From Parcubacteria bacterium C7867-008 (GTDB lineage: Bacteria; Patescibacteriota; Minisyncoccia; Phycocordibacterales; Phycocordibacteraceae): 64,000 nt of DNA. The position numbers and the translations under genes are program-made. Under the pieces are notes generated by a model that had not been told where the DNA came from, searched no databases, and saw nothing but the letters and a program-made list of their open reading frames with translations. This document shows, in pieces, positions 61,915 to 64,000 of the stretch. Every line of letters starts with the position of its first letter. The stretch's first letter is position 1. The stretch is from positions 133,354 to 197,353 of the forward strand of contig LFCR01000006.1 in the NCBI GenBank assembly GCA_001189215.1, read 5' to 3'.

Positions 61915-62298
61915 TTATGATGCTGGCTCTGGGTTTATTTCTAAGCTGTATCCTAAACCGATTTTATTCCTAATCTCAATTCTATTTCCAGGAACACTTT
62001 CCAATTTATTCCGTACTTTAGTTATTGTTGCCGGTATCGTGTTACTTAAAGGTGCATCTTTAACATCAGACATGTCTCCGTATATAAAATCAACGATTTC
62101 TGCTTCTGTAAGAGTATTCCCCTGAGCACGGACCAACAGCCATAGAATTTGATACTCTTTTGGCTCAAGGTGAATAGGTTTTTCTGCACCCGCTATAGAG
62201 AACTCACGAGCATCTAAATCAAGGGATAGTGGGCCGTACTCAGGTCTGCGCGCAACACCCGCATCAAGCTTTTCGTGTAGGTTAGGAATTCCTTCCAT
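61915..62298 (-). CDS. stand-alone OmpR/PhoB-type winged-helix domain protein
   Basis: LEPKEYQILWLL...SNTIPATITKVRNKL...GLGY. Confidence 0.8.
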   Translation of the reverse strand: MEGIPNLHEKLDAGVARRPEYGPLSLDLDAREFSIAGAEKPIHLEPKEYQILWLLVRAQGNTLTEAEIVDFIYGDMSDVKDAPLSNTIPATITKVRNKLESVPGNRIEIRNKIGLGYSLEINPEPAS

Positions 62299-62302
62299 AC
62301 AA

Positions 62303-64000
62303 CTAGTTAGGCCATTGAGCCACCATCAACATTCCTTCCGTTTCAGGAATGCTTTGCCATATCTCTTCCGTAACGAATGGCATAAATGGATGCAGGAGAA
62401 TGAGGAGATCCTTTAGAAGGTGACGAAGCGTTGCTTTACGCGATGCAACAGCTTCAGGGTTATCGCCTGCAAGGATTGGCTTAGACTCCTCAATGATATT
62501 TGCAGCGAGCTCACTCCATGCATACTGATACAGCTTGTCTGCAGCAAGATAGAGTCTGTAGGCTTCCATATCTTTTGTTACATCTGCAGCAATCTCTGCG
62601 AGTGCTGCTTTGAGGGCCATATCGTTCTCCATAAGCGGAGCGTTCAGATCTGCACCCTCCGTATTCTCAAGGATGAAACGAGTGATATTCCAAAGCTTGT
62701 TAGCAAAGTGCTTATACCCCTTGATACGGTCCTCAGACAGCTTCATATCGGTACCTGGAGTGTTACCTATCACAAGCGAGATACGTGCAGCATCAGCACC
62801 AAACTTATTGATGATTTCAATAGGGTCGATACCGTTACCCAGAGATTTCGAGAATTTACGTCCCTGTGCATCACGAACGAGGCCGTGGAGGTATACGGTC
62901 TTGAATGGAATCTCGCCAAGTACAAACTGGCTCATCAGTATCATGCGAGCCACCCAGAAGAATAGAATCTCATAAGCGGTCTCAAGAACGTCGGTAGGGT
63001 GGAAGCGGGCGAGATCAGGCGTTTCGTCGGGCCAGCCAAGAGTAGAAAAGGTCCATGATCCTGAAGAGAACCAAGTATCAAGAGTGTCTTCGTCCTGTGT
63101 CCAGCCATCTGCTTTCCAGTCTCCGCTAGGCGCGTCACCAACCATAGTTTCTTCACCACGAGTCCACACTGGTACACGGTGTCCATACCAAATCTGACGG
63201 CTAATGCACCAATCTCGCAGATTCTCGATCCAGTGGTAGTAGGTTTTGTCGTAGTGGTCAGGAAGGATGCTTATGGCACCAGAGCGTACTGGTTCAAGCA
63301 TCAACTCTTTAAGTGATTTGTTACCTCGTTCCTTAATTGGCTTATTAACATCAATAAACCACTGGTTTAGGATCTGTGGCTCGATGATACCGCCGGTTCG
63401 TTCTGCAGTTGCAATGCGGTGCTGGTAGTTCTCATCAATCTTGTCTACAAGCCCCTTAGCAGCAAGCTTCTCAACGATCTTCTCGCGAGCATCTTTAATC
63501 TTCATTCCCGCAAATTCATCAGCGATAGGGAGGAGTTTTCCATAGAGGTCGATGATCTGGGTACTTCCGAGACCGTGACGCTCTGCTATCTCAAAGTCCA
63601 CTTGTGAGTGACTTGGGGTAATCGTCATAACACCGGTACCAAACTCCGGATCAACAGACGCATCTTTAATGATCGTTGCTTCGATAGGACCATTGATCCA
63701 TTCAACAGTGAGCGTGTCTCCATGCTTGTACTCCTTATATCGAGGATCATCGGGATGCATCACCACATGCTTATCTCCAAACTTTGTTTCAGGACGTGCG
63801 GTACCAATAGTGAATGGACCGTACTTGAAATAGTAGAACTTGGTCTTTTCATCTTCATAGACAATTTCATCGTCTGAGATAGTGGTCTGCCCCTTTGGGT
63901 CCCAGTTCACAATGCGTAGACCCTTATAGATAAGTCCTGCATCATACATATCTTTGAACATGCGATTCACGGCACGATTACGCGCCTCATCAAAAGTGAA
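62303..64000 (-). CDS. valS: valine--tRNA ligase (partial; 5' end beyond the window)
   Basis: GTARPET, WCISRQIWYGH, DTLDTWFSS, FFWVARM, KFSKS; frame open to the window edge. Confidence 0.96.
   Translation of the reverse strand, partial: FTFDEARNRAVNRMFKDMYDAGLIYKGLRIVNWDPKGQTTISDDEIVYEDEKTKFYYFKYGPFTIGTARPETKFGDKHVVMHPDDPRYKEYKHGDTLTVEWINGPIEATIIKDASVDPEFGTGVMTITPSHSQVDFEIAERHGLGSTQIIDLYGKLLPIADEFAGMKIKDAREKIVEKLAAKGLVDKIDENYQHRIATAERTGGIIEPQILNQWFIDVNKPIKERGNKSLKELMLEPVRSGAISILPDHYDKTYYHWIENLRDWCISRQIWYGHRVPVWTRGEETMVGDAPSGDWKADGWTQDEDTLDTWFSSGSWTFSTLGWPDETPDLARFHPTDVLETAYEILFFWVARMILMSQFVLGEIPFKTVYLHGLVRDAQGRKFSKSLGNGIDPIEIINKFGADAARISLVIGNTPGTDMKLSEDRIKGYKHFANKLWNITRFILENTEGADLNAPLMENDMALKAALAEIAADVTKDMEAYRLYLAADKLYQYAWSELAANIIEESKPILAGDNPEAVASRKATLRHLLKDLLILLHPFMPFVTEEIWQSIPETEGMLMVAQWPN

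Overview
This is an ordinary-looking 64 kb chromosomal segment of a small-genome bacterium, most likely Patescibacteria/CPR (Parcubacteria-like). That placement is inferred from dense housekeeping genes with AT-rich, mostly Shine-Dalgarno-less starts, a lexA-dinB cassette, a C-terminally short ValS, many single-TM orphan proteins and almost no metabolic genes. Core genes include lexA/dinB, an RND efflux pair, mltG, typA, a DEAD-box helicase, msrA/msrB, bcp, nth, mutY, rnj, secG, groES/EL, lemA/htpX, class II RNR, murJ, lepA and valS (partial). RNA genes are RNase P RNA and tRNA-Ser/Arg/Phe. I saw no CRISPR array, integrase, transposase or prophage. Three things stand out. (1) About nine dispersed single-gene cassettes, mostly GC-richer than the host, carry Shine-Dalgarno motifs and usually their own promoter and terminator. 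They include a near-intact Caulobacter-type GcrA cell-cycle regulator inserted between msrB and msrA, and a DapD fused to an uncharacterised domain that is also encoded stand-alone next door. (2) There are unannotated structured RNAs: a promoter-driven ~75-nt sRNA next to a non-canonical tRNA-like element with which it shares 11 nt of complementarity, a ~175-nt 6S-like RNA, and a structured helicase leader. (3) A DUF2914 gene appears 5'-truncated exactly at the tRNA-Phe 3' end. All calls were made by eye, without database searches.
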